From positions 25,048,001-25,112,000 of the forward strand of contig OZ024757.1 of assembly GCA_964016885.1 (NCBI GenBank): a stretch of 64,000 nt of DNA, written 5' to 3'. The DNA comes from Eledone cirrhosa. Taxonomy: Eukaryota. The notes under the pieces are model-generated. The model saw nothing but the letters and a program-made list of their open reading frames with translations, searched no databases and had not been told where the DNA came from. A program made the position numbers and the translations under genes. Below, piece by piece: positions 33,713 to 48,532 of this stretch (its first letter is position 1; the number at the start of each line of letters is the position of its first letter).

Positions 33713-36397
33713 ATGCAAATAGACTTAGAATGGAAAACATTCAGACAGAGAAGAATGGATAATGAGCGTCATAAGAGAAATTGGCCAACAATTAATATTA
33801 ATGGAAATGTAGAAGAATTTCATATTAGTGATATGAATGTGTTGTGTGATCACTGTGGAGCTTTGAAATTTAGAAATGAAAATTGTAACTGTTGTAATAA
33901 AGGAAAGGTTGTGTTGCCTCCATTGCAAATATACCCTGAGAGACTGAGAAATCTCTTTGAAAGAGGCCAGGAAGCAGTTGATTTCACAGAAACATCTGCA
34001 ATTAAAACTACATTTATTTCACTTCATTTGGTGTTACCACCCGGCAGAGGCCCGTATAGCTTTCATATTCAGGGTCAAACATATCACTACACCCCCACCC
34101 CTGTAACCTGCAGAAAATACACCACAATATGGCCAGTTATATATTATTGATGGGAATGAAGGTGTGTAGCACAGATTGGAAGTACGACCAAATAATTGTT
34201 TTAGTGTCTTGACATCTAACAACTGAAGCAGGTAGTTTGTTCCATGGAGGTTTTAAAGGATGTAGTGTCTCGACAGCGAACAACTGATGCAGGTAGTTTG
34301 TTCCATGGAGGTTTTAAAGGATGCAGTGTCTAGACAGCGAACAACTGATGCAGGTAGTTTGTTCCATGGAGGTTTTAAAGGATGCAGTGTCTCGACAGCT
34401 AACAATTGATGCAAGTAGTTTGTTCCATGGAGGTTTTAAAGGATGCAGTGTATTCACAGCTAACAACTGATGCAGGTAGTTTGTTTCATGGAGGTTTACA
34501 TTGGAAGTACAACCAAATAATTGTTTCTAGCACAAGGCCAGCAATTACTGGTACTTTATTCTATCGACCTCATAAGGATGAAAACAAAGTCAACCTTGGA
34601 GGGATTTGAACCCAGAACGTAAAGGGCCATAACCCTATGCTGCAAAGCATGGTGTCTGACGCTCTACCGATACTGCCAATTCACCGCCCTAGTACCAACA
34701 AATAATGACTGCTCACCACAAAAAATGGCTATGATAAGAGAGGTGTTGCATGAATGTTATCCATATGTCGAAGTGTACAATACAATGCATGGCATCAAAC
34801 AGCAAAGTTCTAGAAGAGAAAATTGTCGTGTACAGAACTGTGAATTAAGATTTAGAAGAGGATCAGATATGAGCTGCTATAATTTACCAACTAGTAATGA
34901 TAGCTGTTGTTTTGTGGGGGATTGAGGGCACACCACCTATACAAAGAGATATTATCATCTTTCCTAAAGACCATCCTCCTCAGAAAATACCACATAATTC
35001 ATGCCACTTGGACCTCATGACCGACCGATAATGGTGAATTTTGGTGGCATAGTGACATGGAGAGGAATGCAGGACCTGTGTTTGCAATAGACTGACAATG
35101 CAGGAGTATTACATATACTGTATAGCATATAGAGGAGGATTTAGTGCGATATATAGGGCAGGTAAATTATTTTAGCAGTATTTAGTGGAAGCCTATATGA
35201 AAGTAGAGGGATGCAGGCTTCAATATTTGAGGAACAATCAAGCCCAATTGTGAGTGGATGAGTATAATGGTTTAATGAATTATCTAAACAGATGATAACA
35301 CTGAGTGAGCCTTAAAAAATGAAGACAAGATAAGAAACAGAGAAGACATTGACAGAATCGTGTCAGCAGAAATACCTGCATTGGAAGATGATCCAGTACG
35401 ACATGAGCAGGTTTAAAAGTTTATTATCCACAGGCCATGTGGTTCTGGAAACCCTTTTCCCCCATTTATACAAAATGGATTTTTCCAAAAGAACTATCCA
35501 AAAACCTACAGAAGGGAAACATTATTGAACCTAAATGGATACCCAGAGTACAGGAGGTGCAAGACAGGAACTGCAGTGTAAATTGGATGACATTCAGTAG
35601 ATAACAGGAATGTTGTGCCATTTAATGCCTTTTTGCTTAAGAAATATTGTGCACATATTAATGTTGAAGTTTGCGCTTCTGTAAAAAGTGTCAAGTACCT
35701 CTTTAAATATGTTACATGGGGCATGATTGTACATCTATAGAAGTAACGAATAATGCATTACCTAATGAGGCTCAGAACCAACACAACCATGATGAAATAA
35801 GAATCTATCTTTGTTGCAGGTATGTGTCTTAGCCAGAAGCAGTGTCGTGTCTCTCGGAATTTAAGCTTCATGGTACATCACATACAGTATACAGCCTAGC
35901 CACACACCTGGAGAACAAACAGAGTTTACTTTCAAAGAGGCAATGCTCAGGTTGTGGTAGAAATGCAGGGACCCTTGCTGCCTGGTTCAAGCTAAATGAA
36001 CTTGCTTACACCTTCTGGGATGCCGCCTCACAAGCTCCAATTAAAAGTAGGATCAATAATAATGCTTCTATGGAATATTTCAATCCAGAACAGATTATGT
36101 AATGGCACAAGATTAGAAGTAGTGGAACTGCATAAACATTTTATCGAAGCTTCTCATATTTATGGTCCTTTGATGGGCAGGTGTGTTTTGATCCGAAGAC
36201 TGAAGTTAGCTCCCAGTGGTGCCAACATCCCTTTTACTTTGGAAAGACCCCAGTTTCCATTAAGACTGTCATATGCCATGACAATCAACAAGAACCATGG
36301 TCAAATACATGATAAAGTGGGTCTGTTCCTCCCTGAGCAAGTATTTAACCCTGGACAATTGTATGTTGCTTTTTCAAGAGTTCACAGACAGATGTAA
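33713..36397 (+). mobile_element. Helitron RepHel pseudogene (copy 2)
   Basis: As copy 1 plus 224 bp encoding TLAAWFKLN and LTPSGMPPHKLQLKVGSIIMLLWN...LCNGTRL. Confidence 0.93.
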
Positions 36398-38230
36398 AAA
36401 TTAATCCTACCAAACCCCCACCACTCCTACAACTGTTAGCTGTTAGACCACCCCAGCACCACCCAACCTCCGTTCTAGTCCCACCGTTAGAACCAATGCT
36501 GCTTACCCTGCCTCTTTTACTAGTTCACTCCGTCGCTCGAATTTCAAAGCTGGCCCTCTACACTTGGTCGTTGCCAGCTCACCACCTAGTTGTGCTCTCT
36601 GTGTCCGCACTAGCCGGTACCTAAACACAATAAAATGTCACCTGTGCTACCAAAACTACCACAGGAACTCTGTCGGCATCAGCAAGGCTCAAGCCGAAAG
36701 GCTTCAATACTAGACCTGTAATCAGGGCCACTTTACCTCCGACGACCAGCTTTCTACCGATTGTGTGTTGATGGAGGGGACATGAGACCAGCAAAGTCCT
36801 AGGAGTAGAGACTAGTAAATAATAAACGGTCCTAGCTATGTTAAGAATATATATAAGAAAAATGTACTATACATTTAAGAAGACAAGAGAAATAAATATT
36901 TACCTCTTTCATGTAGGTAATATAGCGGTGTTATAAAAGTAATTATACGACCGGTGTAACAGTCGGTATAAATGAAAGATGTAGAAATAAAAGTTGCAAC
37001 AATGACATGAATAAAGATACATTAATTTAATATGAGCAAGAATAAATATTTAATGGAATTAATTAAGTGTAATTTAATAAGAAATAAGATATAAGTAAAA
37101 CAGTAAAAGAAACAATAACAAACAAAATGGAGTCACATAAAATTTGGTTTGTGTTTATAAAGCTTATTTTAAACGCGATTTTCCTTTTAAATCCGTAGCT
37201 AAGTTAGTAGCAGCTCCGCTTACTAACCTTAGGGCTATAACGTTACATGGTTCGAATCTTACACTCTTCTCTATAGTGCCACACGAGTTATCTCCTAGTC
37301 TTTTTATATAGTTTCACTGTTTAGTGAAAGAGGGCGCTCCGAACAGTTACTTATGTAGACGGGTGGTTAGCGACTCGGCTTACAAACATTAGCATCACGA
37401 CGTTACATGGGTTCGAACCCTTCCGGCGCCTCAATTTTTCAAATAGAGTTATCACCCATGGATCTTTAGAGTTTCATTGCTTACTCGAAAGATGGTGCGG
37501 GGATCATCTTTTACGATGAGTAGTAAGAGACAATAATACATGGAAGGAGGAGAAATAGAGAGAGATAGAAAGACGAATGTGTCACACACTCAATTCTCTC
37601 ACCGTCTCTTTACTTCTGACAGAGTGATAGATGTAAAGAGAAGGTGAGAAATAAGAGGTTGATAGATTTGGCTGTTATTTTTAACATTTTCTAATCATGA
37701 GAGAGAGAGTATAAGATATAGAGAGAGGAGGAAATCGCCGATGTTTACGTTGAGAAAACCTAATAAAACGTTATAAATGAGATAAACAAAACAAAGTTAG
37801 ATAAAATAAAATCAGCGATATATTTATAATATTTTAATATATTTTTCCTGGTCGCCTGCTTCCATTGATAGAGAGAGGAGTGGTGGGAGGTAGCCATAAC
37901 AACCGTGGTAGCAACACTGTGGTTTTTAAAGAAGTGAATACAAGAAAAACAAGCAACAAATTTAAATTTACTAAAATTAGTTTAAACATCTAAATCTTAA
38001 GAATATTAAATCTCTTACCCCTTTAGCATTCACATTACTCTATATATACTATTGTATTTTCACAGTAACGGCTTTATCTCACATAATATCGAATCTATGA
38101 GATTTCGATATTATTTATTTTCAGAACAATACTTTAACATCAGTATGAGTGGTTAATTAGGGCTGGTTTGAACAGAAAGAGGTGAGAGAATTCTGGCCGG
38201 TTACAGCTGGTTTAAATGATAAGGGGTTAA

Positions 38231-40420
38231 GCCATTCAAGATGTGTATGACGAGAAAGAAGCCGTTTTAGAATCGTATGACATAGATAATAACTGGAATT
38301 TCTTATGTGACAACTTACTGCAGGCTGCTGAAGACACTTGTGGCTGGAGCAGAGCTCCGACCAGACAGAGAGTGACCTGGTGGTGGGACAACACGGTAGA
38401 TAAGGCCATTAGAGACAAAAGACTAGCATGGAACACTTGGATAAATGGTGAGAGTAGAGACCGATGCACAGCCGCTAAGAAAGAAGCTAGACGTCAGGTG
38501 TACTTAGCACGCAGGGAGGCTGAGAATAGGAGGGTTGCCAATGTTCTGTAACGGGAAGATCAAAGACGTGTGGTGTTCCGCATTGCAAGCCAGTGTGTCA
38601 GTGTAAATCGGGATGTTGTTGGAGATAAATGTGTCCGGAATGATGCTGGTGTACTCAGTGTCAATAATGATCAGAAAAAGGCGGCCTGGAAATGCCATTA
38701 TGAGAGGCTGATGAATGTGGAGAATGAATGGGAGAGAGAGAAACTACCCACATTTGACCGAACAGAGGGACCAGCTATTGAGATTGTTGACTATAGGGTC
38801 AAAGAGGCAATTAAAGAAAGGAAAAATGGTAAGGCAGCTGGACCATCAGGGATAGTTGCTGAGATGCTGAAGGCATGAGGAGAAGTAGGTACTAAACTGG
38901 TTGCAAGCATAATCAATCAAGCTATATATGGCGGAGTCATACCCAAAGACTGGTGCAGCAGTATTCTCATAAATTGCTACAAAGGTAAAGGGGATGCTCT
39001 GGAGAGGATCAATTATAGAGGCAGAAAACTGATGGATCAGGTTATGAAAGTGGCAGAAAGGATATTAGAGCAACTAATTAGAGAAAGAGTCAAACTAGAT
39101 GAGATGCAGTTTGGTTTTGTGCCTGGGAAAAGTACAACCGATGCCCTCTTCTTAGAGAAGAATAAGTCATTATACTTAGCTTTTGTTGACCTAGAGAAAG
39201 CCTTTGATAGTGTACCCCCAATCTGTCATCTGGTGATCCCTAAGGAAACTAGGTGTTGAGGAATGGCTTGTGAGGACAGTACAAGCTTTGTACAGAGGTG
39301 CTGTCTATAAAGTGAGGGTTGGAATGGAGTTTAGTGAGGAATTCCAGATACAAGGAGGAGTCCATCAGAGTTCGGTCCTCAGCCCGCACTTCTTCATTAT
39401 AGTCCTCCAAGCCATAACAGAGGAGTTTAAGACTAGCTGCCCATGGGAACTTCTCTATACTGACAATCTGGTTTTTATAGCAGAATCAGTAGAGGAGCTA
39501 GAGAATAAATTCTGGCTATGGAAACAGCAGTTGGAATTAAGAGGACTGAGAGTGAACCCAGCTAAAACAAAAGTGTTGATAAGTAGAAAAAAGGACAAAA
39601 CTCTGATGGCCATGTTCGATATGCAGAAAAGGAAGTGGCATACATTCTATAAAATGTACACAATGCAGATCTTGGGTACATACGAGATGTAGTGGGAAAG
39701 CAGGCAAACTAACAGGTAGGGAAAACTACGTATGCAGTAGATGTACAGGGAAATTTGACAGTAGAAGTCGCATTGATAGACACATTTTTCAAATGCAAGT
39801 AGGTTCTATAAAAGTGGTTGATAGCTTCAGTACCTAGGTGATCAGATTAGTATGGGAGGGGGGGTGGGGGGTGTTCCGAGGCCATAGTATCTAGAATAAG
39901 GACGGGCTGGAAGAAGTTTAGGGAGCTGCTTCCTCTGGTGACAAAGAGGGTTTCTCCCTGCATACAAAAGGATGGTTGTTTGATGCCTGTGTGAGATGTA
40001 CAATGTTGCATGGTAGTGAGACATGGGCAGCAACTGCAGAGGATATGCGAAGGGTGAAGAGAAATGAAGCAAGTATGCTCCATTGGATGTGCAATGTCAA
40101 TGTGCGTGAAAGACCAAGCATGGACGAGTTGAGAGTGAAACTCTATAAGAAGGATAAACTGCAGTGTGCGGGAGAAAAGACTGCGTTGGTATGGCCATGC
40201 GATGCGTATGCAGGATTACCGCAGGGTGAAGAAGTGCCAAGTAATCCCAGTGGGAGGAAGACGCAGTAGAGGAAGACCAAGGAAGATATGGGCAGAGGTA
40301 GTGAGAGCTGACCTCAGATCGTTGAAGCTCAGAGGAGATGATGAAGGAGAGATGTTATGCTGAAGAGGATCTGTCCCACCCTTTATAAGCAGGGAAAAGT
40401 GGATGTATAATGATGATGAT
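38231..40420 (+). mobile_element. RTE-clade LINE, decayed (copy 2)
   Basis: Same motifs as 24012-26200; lacks the frameshift seen near 24884. Confidence 0.95.
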
Positions 40421-41922
40421 ATATATATATATATATATATCCCACCCTTGCAAACAGGAAAAAGCAGATGTAAAATGAAAATGATGATATATATAGATAG
40501 ATAGATATGTATATATATATATTTATACTTATACGTCATGGTGGCTACAGGTGCCAAGAGGAAGAAGCCGGACAATCCTCTGATATTTGTTTATCTCCCT
40601 TTCCTTCGTGAGCCGCGGTACCCGGGTTTGTGGCCGACGCAACCAAGTTGAAATCGGCCACCGGTGGTTGATATCACCAGGGGTTAGGAAACCCTGGTTT
40701 AGTCGCTCCAGTTATTACTTCGTTAGACATAGTCAGTAATTGAAATTAAAGCCTAAAGGTGTACTAAAGCCACAAACGTTTTTCTATCTATGAATTATTA
40801 GTGGTGTAAACAGATGAATTAAAGTCAAAGCTAACAAATATATCACCAAGAAGAATATCTAAGGATTTCCAAAGTGTAAAGTCAGCTCAAGCCTGGAGAC
40901 TTATCAAGCAGGTGCCTGTCCCAGTCCCTCTAGCGTAAAGGGACTGAGAGTACATGACTTCCCCCTGGACATGATGTCAGTCCATCGCAGGGTTAACCCC
41001 CCACCTATGTGAAATTAAGTTTTTGCTCAAGTAAAACAACTAACAACACAGTCCAGGAATCGAATACACATATGATCGTAAGACCACGGGCCTCCACTAT
41101 CGAAGGATCTACCCTTCATTAAAGAATAAATTAGACTTATGCTTACGTCGCTGACATAATTAAGGTCGGAAAGGACATTACTGAAAATAAGGAGTGAACA
41201 ACTAAAGGAAGACAGAAACGGAAGGAATCTACACAGGAGGGCCCATCTTCCTACCAAAAGAATTATTTTAACAAGCCTACATCCTACTGAGCCAAAGAAA
41301 GGGGCCTCATAACTAGAACAGGCCTCATTTGTCCTAAATACGGAGCTGTCTTTACATATAATTATATATATGTATATATATATAGTATGTGTGTGTGTAT
41401 GAAGATGTATGACCCCCTAGCAAGCCAAACTACAGTTACGCCCCAACATGGAGAGCAAATTAAAACATTACCTGTTAGAGACGAACGTGAAATGATTTGT
41501 TAGTGAACTACCGGTGTAACAGTAATTATGTTACCGGTGTAACTATTTCTGTTTACCTTATTTTTAAATCACACTCCTATATTAGTTTAGTGACCCCAGG
41601 CCTACTTGGAGCCATTACAGCCGAGCTCCTCCGCAAGATCGGAGTGTTTGTGGCCCGTCTGAGGATGGAGTCCCACGAGGTTTGATGGCTGTTGCAGCAG
41701 GTGTCACTGCCCTTACATATATATACGTAAATGTTCCCTTGACTGCTATTTCTAGCATATATTAATAGACACTTTAGAAACAGCAGCTAAAAATCAGGAA
41801 ACAACAGTGTCTCTGTATATATATACAGAGAGAGAGAGAGAGAGAGCAGCCAAAGACACACACACACATACACACAGGTGTATGTCTGCGTGTATGTATA
41901 TATATGTATGTGTCTTTGCGTA

Positions 41923-41996
<74 letters not shown>

Positions 41997-42498
41997 CAGT
42001 GATCCCCCTCCCAACCTTTAATTAAACAAACCTGCGATGATCAAAACAAACTTCATGTGTATCTGGAAGTTTGGCCGTATTATATCACTTTCAAATTGAC
42101 CCCTATTATATTCAAATTATCCCCTGTGGGGCGTGCACCCCACGTTGAGAATCCCTCATAACTAAATATATGTGAGTGTGTTGCTATGACTGCTATTTCT
42201 AGCAGGTTTACTGCAGTCCTGTAGACGCACATCAAAAAACCGGAAGTGGCAGCCATTAAAAAACTTTGGCTTAAAATCAGGCAAAAGTTTTTAAACAATT
42301 TGCCAAGAAAGATAACTCTTGTCTTACTTAATCGCAAAAATCGAGTCAAAAATTTTGCGGGTGTGCAGATTGTTTGGTCGCAATTGCTGCTATTTCTAGC
42401 ATGTATGGACGTTTTAGAAATAGCAGCGAAAAACGGAAAACAGCAGAAAGAAGGACACACACCTATATATATATATTTTGGATATGTGTGTGTTTGTT

Positions 42499-42529
<31 letters not shown>

Positions 42530-42606
42530 ATATACATATATATTTATATATATATATATGTATATGTATATATATGTATATATATATATATATATACATA
42601 TATATT

Positions 42607-42677
<71 letters not shown>

Positions 42678-43389
42678 GGATATGTGTCTGTTTGTTTATA
42701 TGTATATATATATATATATGTGTGTGTGTATATATATATGTATATATAGGTGTGTGTCCTTCTTTCTGATGTTTTCCGTGTTTCGCTGCTATTTCTAAAG
42801 TGTTCATACATGCTAGAAATAGCAGTCAAATACCAGCAAACAAGACCAAATCAACTGCACAGCCGCAATATATATATGATATATAAATATATGTGAGTTG
42901 CTATGACTGCTATTTCTAGCAGGTTATTCCTAGCGTGTAAACTGCACACCCACAGATAGAATACTTTGTAGTATTTTTTCCAGTTCTTTATTCTCAGTTC
43001 AACTTTACTTTTCTTACATTCGGGGTTCTCTCTTACTCTATATCTCTTTCTCACTCTCTCTTTTATTCAGACCTGGAGAGGAGATGTACTCTGCCAGGTT
43101 TTATAATGAGTTATGGGGTCATACCTGCCTGCAACATCACTGTGTACTGAGTGTAGCATTTTATATCCTTGTTCTGGGCCTTCCTAACACCACTGTGTAT
43201 TAAGTGTAGCTTTTAATATCCTTGTTCGGGGCCTTCATAATACCAGACTAGCTAATGTGTATATTATATTGTTATAGAGGAACTAAGTATGTCCTTTAGG
43301 TTCTGTAATGTACCCTAGTTGGCCCTAATGGTAGCACCAGCCCTGTATAAAACTGTGATACTTTAAGGTTCAGTAATGTACCTATCTGA

Positions 43390-44047
43390 TGTCTGTACCC
43401 TAGCTGGTTGTCTGTCTCTCTCTACCCTAGGTGGCTCTGTGTCTCACTGAGGTCTGTACCCTAGGTGTCTCTGTGTCTCACTGAGGTCTGTACCCTAGGT
43501 GGCTCTGTGTCTCTCTAAGGTCTGTACCCTAGGTGGCTCTGTCTCTCTCTAAGGTCTGTACCCTAGGTGGCTCTGTGTCTCACTGAGGTCTGTACCCTAG
43601 GTGGCTCTGTGTCCCTCTAAGATCTGTACCCTAGGTGGCTCTGTCTCTCTCTAAGATCTGTACCCTCGGTGGCTCTGTGTCTCTCTAAGGTCTGTACCCT
43701 AAGTGGCTCTGTCTCTCTCTAAGATCTGTACCCTCGGTGGCTCTGTGTCTCTCTAAGGTCTGTACCCTCGGTGGCTCTGTGTCTCTCTAAGGTCTGTACC
43801 CTAGGTGGCTCTGTGTCCCTCTAAGATCTGTACCCTAGGTGGCTCTGTCTCTCTCTAAGATCTGTACCCTCGGTGGCTCTGTGTCTCTCTAAGGTCTGTA
43901 CCCTAGGTGGCTCTGTCTCTCTCTAAGATCTGTACCCTCGGTGGCTCTGTGTCTCTCTAAGGTCTGTACCCTCGGTGGCTCTGTGTCTCTCTAAGGTCTG
44001 TACCCTAGGTGGCTCTGTGTCTTATTAAGGCCTGTGTCCTATGTGGC
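43390..44047. repeat. 34-bp minisatellite, expanded allele (about 19 copies)
   Basis: Same unit as 3344-3655. Confidence 0.95.
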
Positions 44048-44225
44048 TGTCATCATCATTATCATCGCTGTCATTGCCACTGTCATCATCATTATCATCG
44101 CTGTCATCGCCACAGTCGTCGTCAGGGCTGGATTACCTCACAACGGTAGCGAACATATTTGGATGTGATCATACGAAAGGAATTGTTGAAACATATCAGA
44201 TCTGAAATAGAGAGAGTTAGATGAT

Positions 44226-44302
<77 letters not shown>

Positions 44303-44462
44303 CGCAGACAGTGAGAGAGAGAGAGAGGAAAACATTGATTGTGTTCACCACATTAAGTTACTATCTTACTAATGAAACAATTAATAATTTTAGTAAATTC
44401 TTCAAAATTCTTCATTAATTAATTGAAAGAGAGTGTATTGCATTAGAAATGTGGTCATAAAA

Positions 44463-45385
44463 AAATAATAATAATGAATTATTGTGTACAGTGCTAAGGT
44501 GCACTACAACTCATCAAAGGTGCATGTATGGTATATAGAATAATGTACACATGTCAGGAAAGTGAACAGTGTATGAGTCATAATATACCTGTGTGTGTGT
44601 GTGTGTGTAAGGAGGGGGGATATTACCTAACAACTGATGCAGGTAGTTTGTTCCATGGAGGTTTTAAAGGATGCAGTGTCTCCACAGCTAACAACTGATG
44701 CAGGTAGTTTGTTCCATGGAGGTTTTAAAGGATGTAGTGTCTACACAGCTAACAACTGATGCAGGGAGTTTGTTCCATGGAGGTTTTAAAGGATGCAGTG
44801 TCTCCACAGCTAACTGATGCAGGTAGTTTGTTCCATGGAGGTTTTAAAGGATACAGTGTCTCGACATCTAACAACTGAAGCAGGTAGTTTGTTCCATGGA
44901 GGTTTTAAAGGATGCAGTGTCTCGACAGCTAACAACTGATGCAGATAGTTTGTTCCATGAAGGTTTTAAAGGATGCAGTGTCTCGACAGCTAACAACTGA
45001 TGCAGGTAGTTTGTTCCATGGAGATTGTAAAGGATGCAGTGTCTCGACATCTAACAACTGAAGCAGGGAGTTTGTTCCATGGTGGTTTTAAAGGATGCAG
45101 TGTCTCGACAGCTAACAACTGATGCAGGGAGTTTGTTCCATGGAGGTTTTAAAGGATGTGGTGTCTCGGCTACTAACAATTGATGCAGGTAGTTTGTTCC
45201 ATGGAGGTTTTAAAGGATGCAGTGTCTCAACAGCTAACAACTGATGCAGGTAGTTTGTTTCATGCTTCAGCAACTCTGAACGTGAAACAATGTTTCCAAA
45301 AGTCATGGGTGCTGTGCTGCTTTCTGATTTTGTAGGCATGTCCACGGGTGTTAGACACATGGAATTCAAAAAGGTGCTCAGTTTT
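44463..45385 (-). mobile_element. CR1-like LINE 3' end with internal 61-bp array (44627-45263, about 10 copies)
   Basis: SNTRGHAYKIRKQHSTHDFWKHCFTFRVAEA adjoining the array; (ATT)n tail at ~44463. Confidence 0.85.
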
Positions 45386-45621
45386 AATGATATATTCTCT
45401 TTCTGACATAAAAAAAACTAAGAAAAATACCATGGACGCAAGAAACAGTTTTTTTTTATTGTACAAGCTCAACTAACAATAAAGAAATTTAATAAAAATT
45501 TAATAAAAATTTAATAAAAATTTGGAAAAAATTAATGTAAAAATGAAAAATATGTAAAAAACAATTGAAAATAACAGGCAACTGAATTTTGAAATTTTGG
45601 TGAATAGATGTGGAGTGTTGG

Positions 45622-48532
45622 TATATAACCCAGTCAGTGAAGCCCTTTAGTATAGGTCAACTGGGAAATTATAACACATATAACCCTATCAGTGAAGTCC
45701 TTTAGTATAGGTCAACTGGGAAACTATAACACATATAACCCTAATAACCCTATCAGTGAAGTCCTTTAGTATAGGTCAACCGGGAAACTAAAACACATAT
45801 AACCCTATCAGTGAAGTGCTTTAGTATAGGTCAACTGGGACACTATAACACATATAACCCTATCAGTGAAGTCCTTTAGTATAGGTCAACTGGGAAACTA
45901 TCACACATATAACCCTATCAGTGAAGTACTTTAGTATAGGTCAACTGGGAAACTATCACACATATAACCCTATCAGTGAAGTCCTTTAGTATAGGTCAAC
46001 TGGGAAACTATAACACATATAACCCTATCAGTGAAGTCCTTTAGAATAGGTCAACTGAGAAACTATAACACATATAACCCTATCAGTGAAGTCCTTTAGT
46101 ATAGGTCAACTGGGAAACTATAACACATATAACCCTATCAGTGAAGTCCTTTAGTATAGGTCAACTGGGAAACTATAACACATATAACCCTATCAGTGAA
46201 GTCCTTTAGTATAGGTCAACTGGGAAACTAAAACACAAATAACCCTATCAGTGAAGTCCTTTAGTATAGGTCAACTGGGAAACTATAACACATATAACCC
46301 TATCAGTGAAGTCCTTTAGTATAGGTCAACTGGGAAACTATAACACATATAACCCTATCAGTGAAGTCCTTTAGTATAGGTCAACTGGGAAACTATAACA
46401 CATATAACCCTATCAGTGAAGTCCTTTAGTATAGGTCAACTGGGAAACTATCACACATATAACCCTATCAGTGAAGTACTTTAGTATAGGTCAACTGGGA
46501 AACTATCACACATATAACCCTATCAGTGAAGTCCTTTAGTATAGGTCAACTGGGAAACTATAACACATATAACCCTATCAGTGAAGTCCTTTAGTATAGG
46601 TCAACTGGGAAACTATAACACATATAACCCTATCAGTGAAGTCCTTTAGTGTAGGTCAACTGAGAAACTATAACACATATAACCCTATCAGTGAAGTCCT
46701 TTAGTATAGGTCAACTGGGAGACTATAACACATATAACCCTATCAGTGAAGTCCTTTAGTATAGGTCACTTGAGAAACTATAACACATATAACCCTATCA
46801 GTGAAGTCCTTTAGTATAGGTCAACTGGGAAACTATAACACATATAACCCTATCAGTGAAGTCCTTTAGTATAGGTCAACTGGGAAACTATAACACATAT
46901 AACCCTATCAGTGAAGTCCTTTAGAATAGGTCAACTGAGAAACTATAACACATATAACCCTATCAGTGAAGTCCTTTAGTATAGGTCAACTGGGAAACTA
47001 TAACACATATAACCCTATCAGTGAAGTCCTTTAGTATAGGTCAACTGGGAAACTATAACACATATAACCCTATCAGTGAAGTCCTTTAGTATAGGTCAAC
47101 TGGGAAACTATAACACAAATAACCCTATCAGTGAAGTCCTTTAGTATAGGTCAACTGGGAAACTATAACACATATAACCCTATCAGTGAAGTCCTTTAGT
47201 ATAGGTCAACTGGGAAACTATAACACATATAACCCTATCAGTGAAGTCCTTTAGTATAGGTCAACTGGGAAACTATAACACATATAACCCTATCAGTGAA
47301 GTCCTTTAGTATAGGTCAACTGGGAAACTATAACACATATAACCCTATCAGTGAATTCCTTTAGTATAGGTCAACTGGGAAACTATAACACATATAACCC
47401 TATCAGTGAAGTCCTTTAGTATAGGTCAACTGAGAAACTATAACACATATAACCCTATCAGTGAAGTCCTTTAGTATAGGTCAACTGGGAAACTATAACA
47501 CATATAACCCTATCAGTGAAGTCCTTTAGTATAGGTCAACTGGGAAACTATAACACATATAACCATATCAGTGAAGTCCTTTAGTATAGGTCAACTGGGA
47601 AACTATAACACATATAACCCTATCAGTGAAGTCCTTTAGTATAGGTCAACTGGGAAACTATAACACATATAGCCCTATCAGTGAAGTCCTTTAGTATAGG
47701 TCAACTGGGAAACTATAACACATATAACCCTATCAGTGAAGTCCTTTAGTATAGGTCAACTGGGAAACTATAACACATATAACCCTATCAGTGAAGTCCT
47801 TTAGTATAGGTCAACTGGGAAACTATAACACATATAACCCTATCAGTGAAGTCCTTTAGCATAGGTCAACTGAGAAACTATAACACATATAACCCTATCA
47901 GTGAAGTCCTTTAGTATAGGTCAACTGGGAAACTCTAACACATATAACCCTATCAGTGAAGTCCTTTAGTATAGGTCAACTGAGAAACTATAACACATAT
48001 AACCCTATCAGTGAAGTCCTTTAGTATAGGTCAACTGGGAAACTATAACACATATAACCCTATCAGTGAAGTCCTTTAGTATAGGTCAACTGGGAAACTA
48101 TAACACATATAACCTTATCAGTGAAGTCCTTTAGTATAGGTCAACTGGGAAACTATAACACATATAACCCTATCAGTGAAGTCCTTTAGCATAGGTCAAC
48201 TGAGAAACTATAACACATATAACCCTATCAGTGAAGTCCTTTAGTATAGGTCAACTGGGAAACTATAACACATATAACCCTATCAGTGAAGTCCTTTAGT
48301 ATAGGTCAACTGAGAAACTATAACACATATAACCCTATCAGTGAAGTCCTTTAGTATAGGTCAACTGGGAAACTATAACACATATAACCCTATCAGTGAA
48401 GTCCTTTAGTATAGGTCAACTGGGAAACTATAACACATATAACCCTATCAGTGAAGTCCTTTAGTATAGGTCAACTGGGAAACTATAACACATATAACCC
48501 TATCAGTGAAGTCCTTTAGTATAGGTCAACTA
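45622..48532. repeat. 55-bp satellite array (about 53 copies)
   Basis: Same unit as 5898-7762. Confidence 0.97.
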
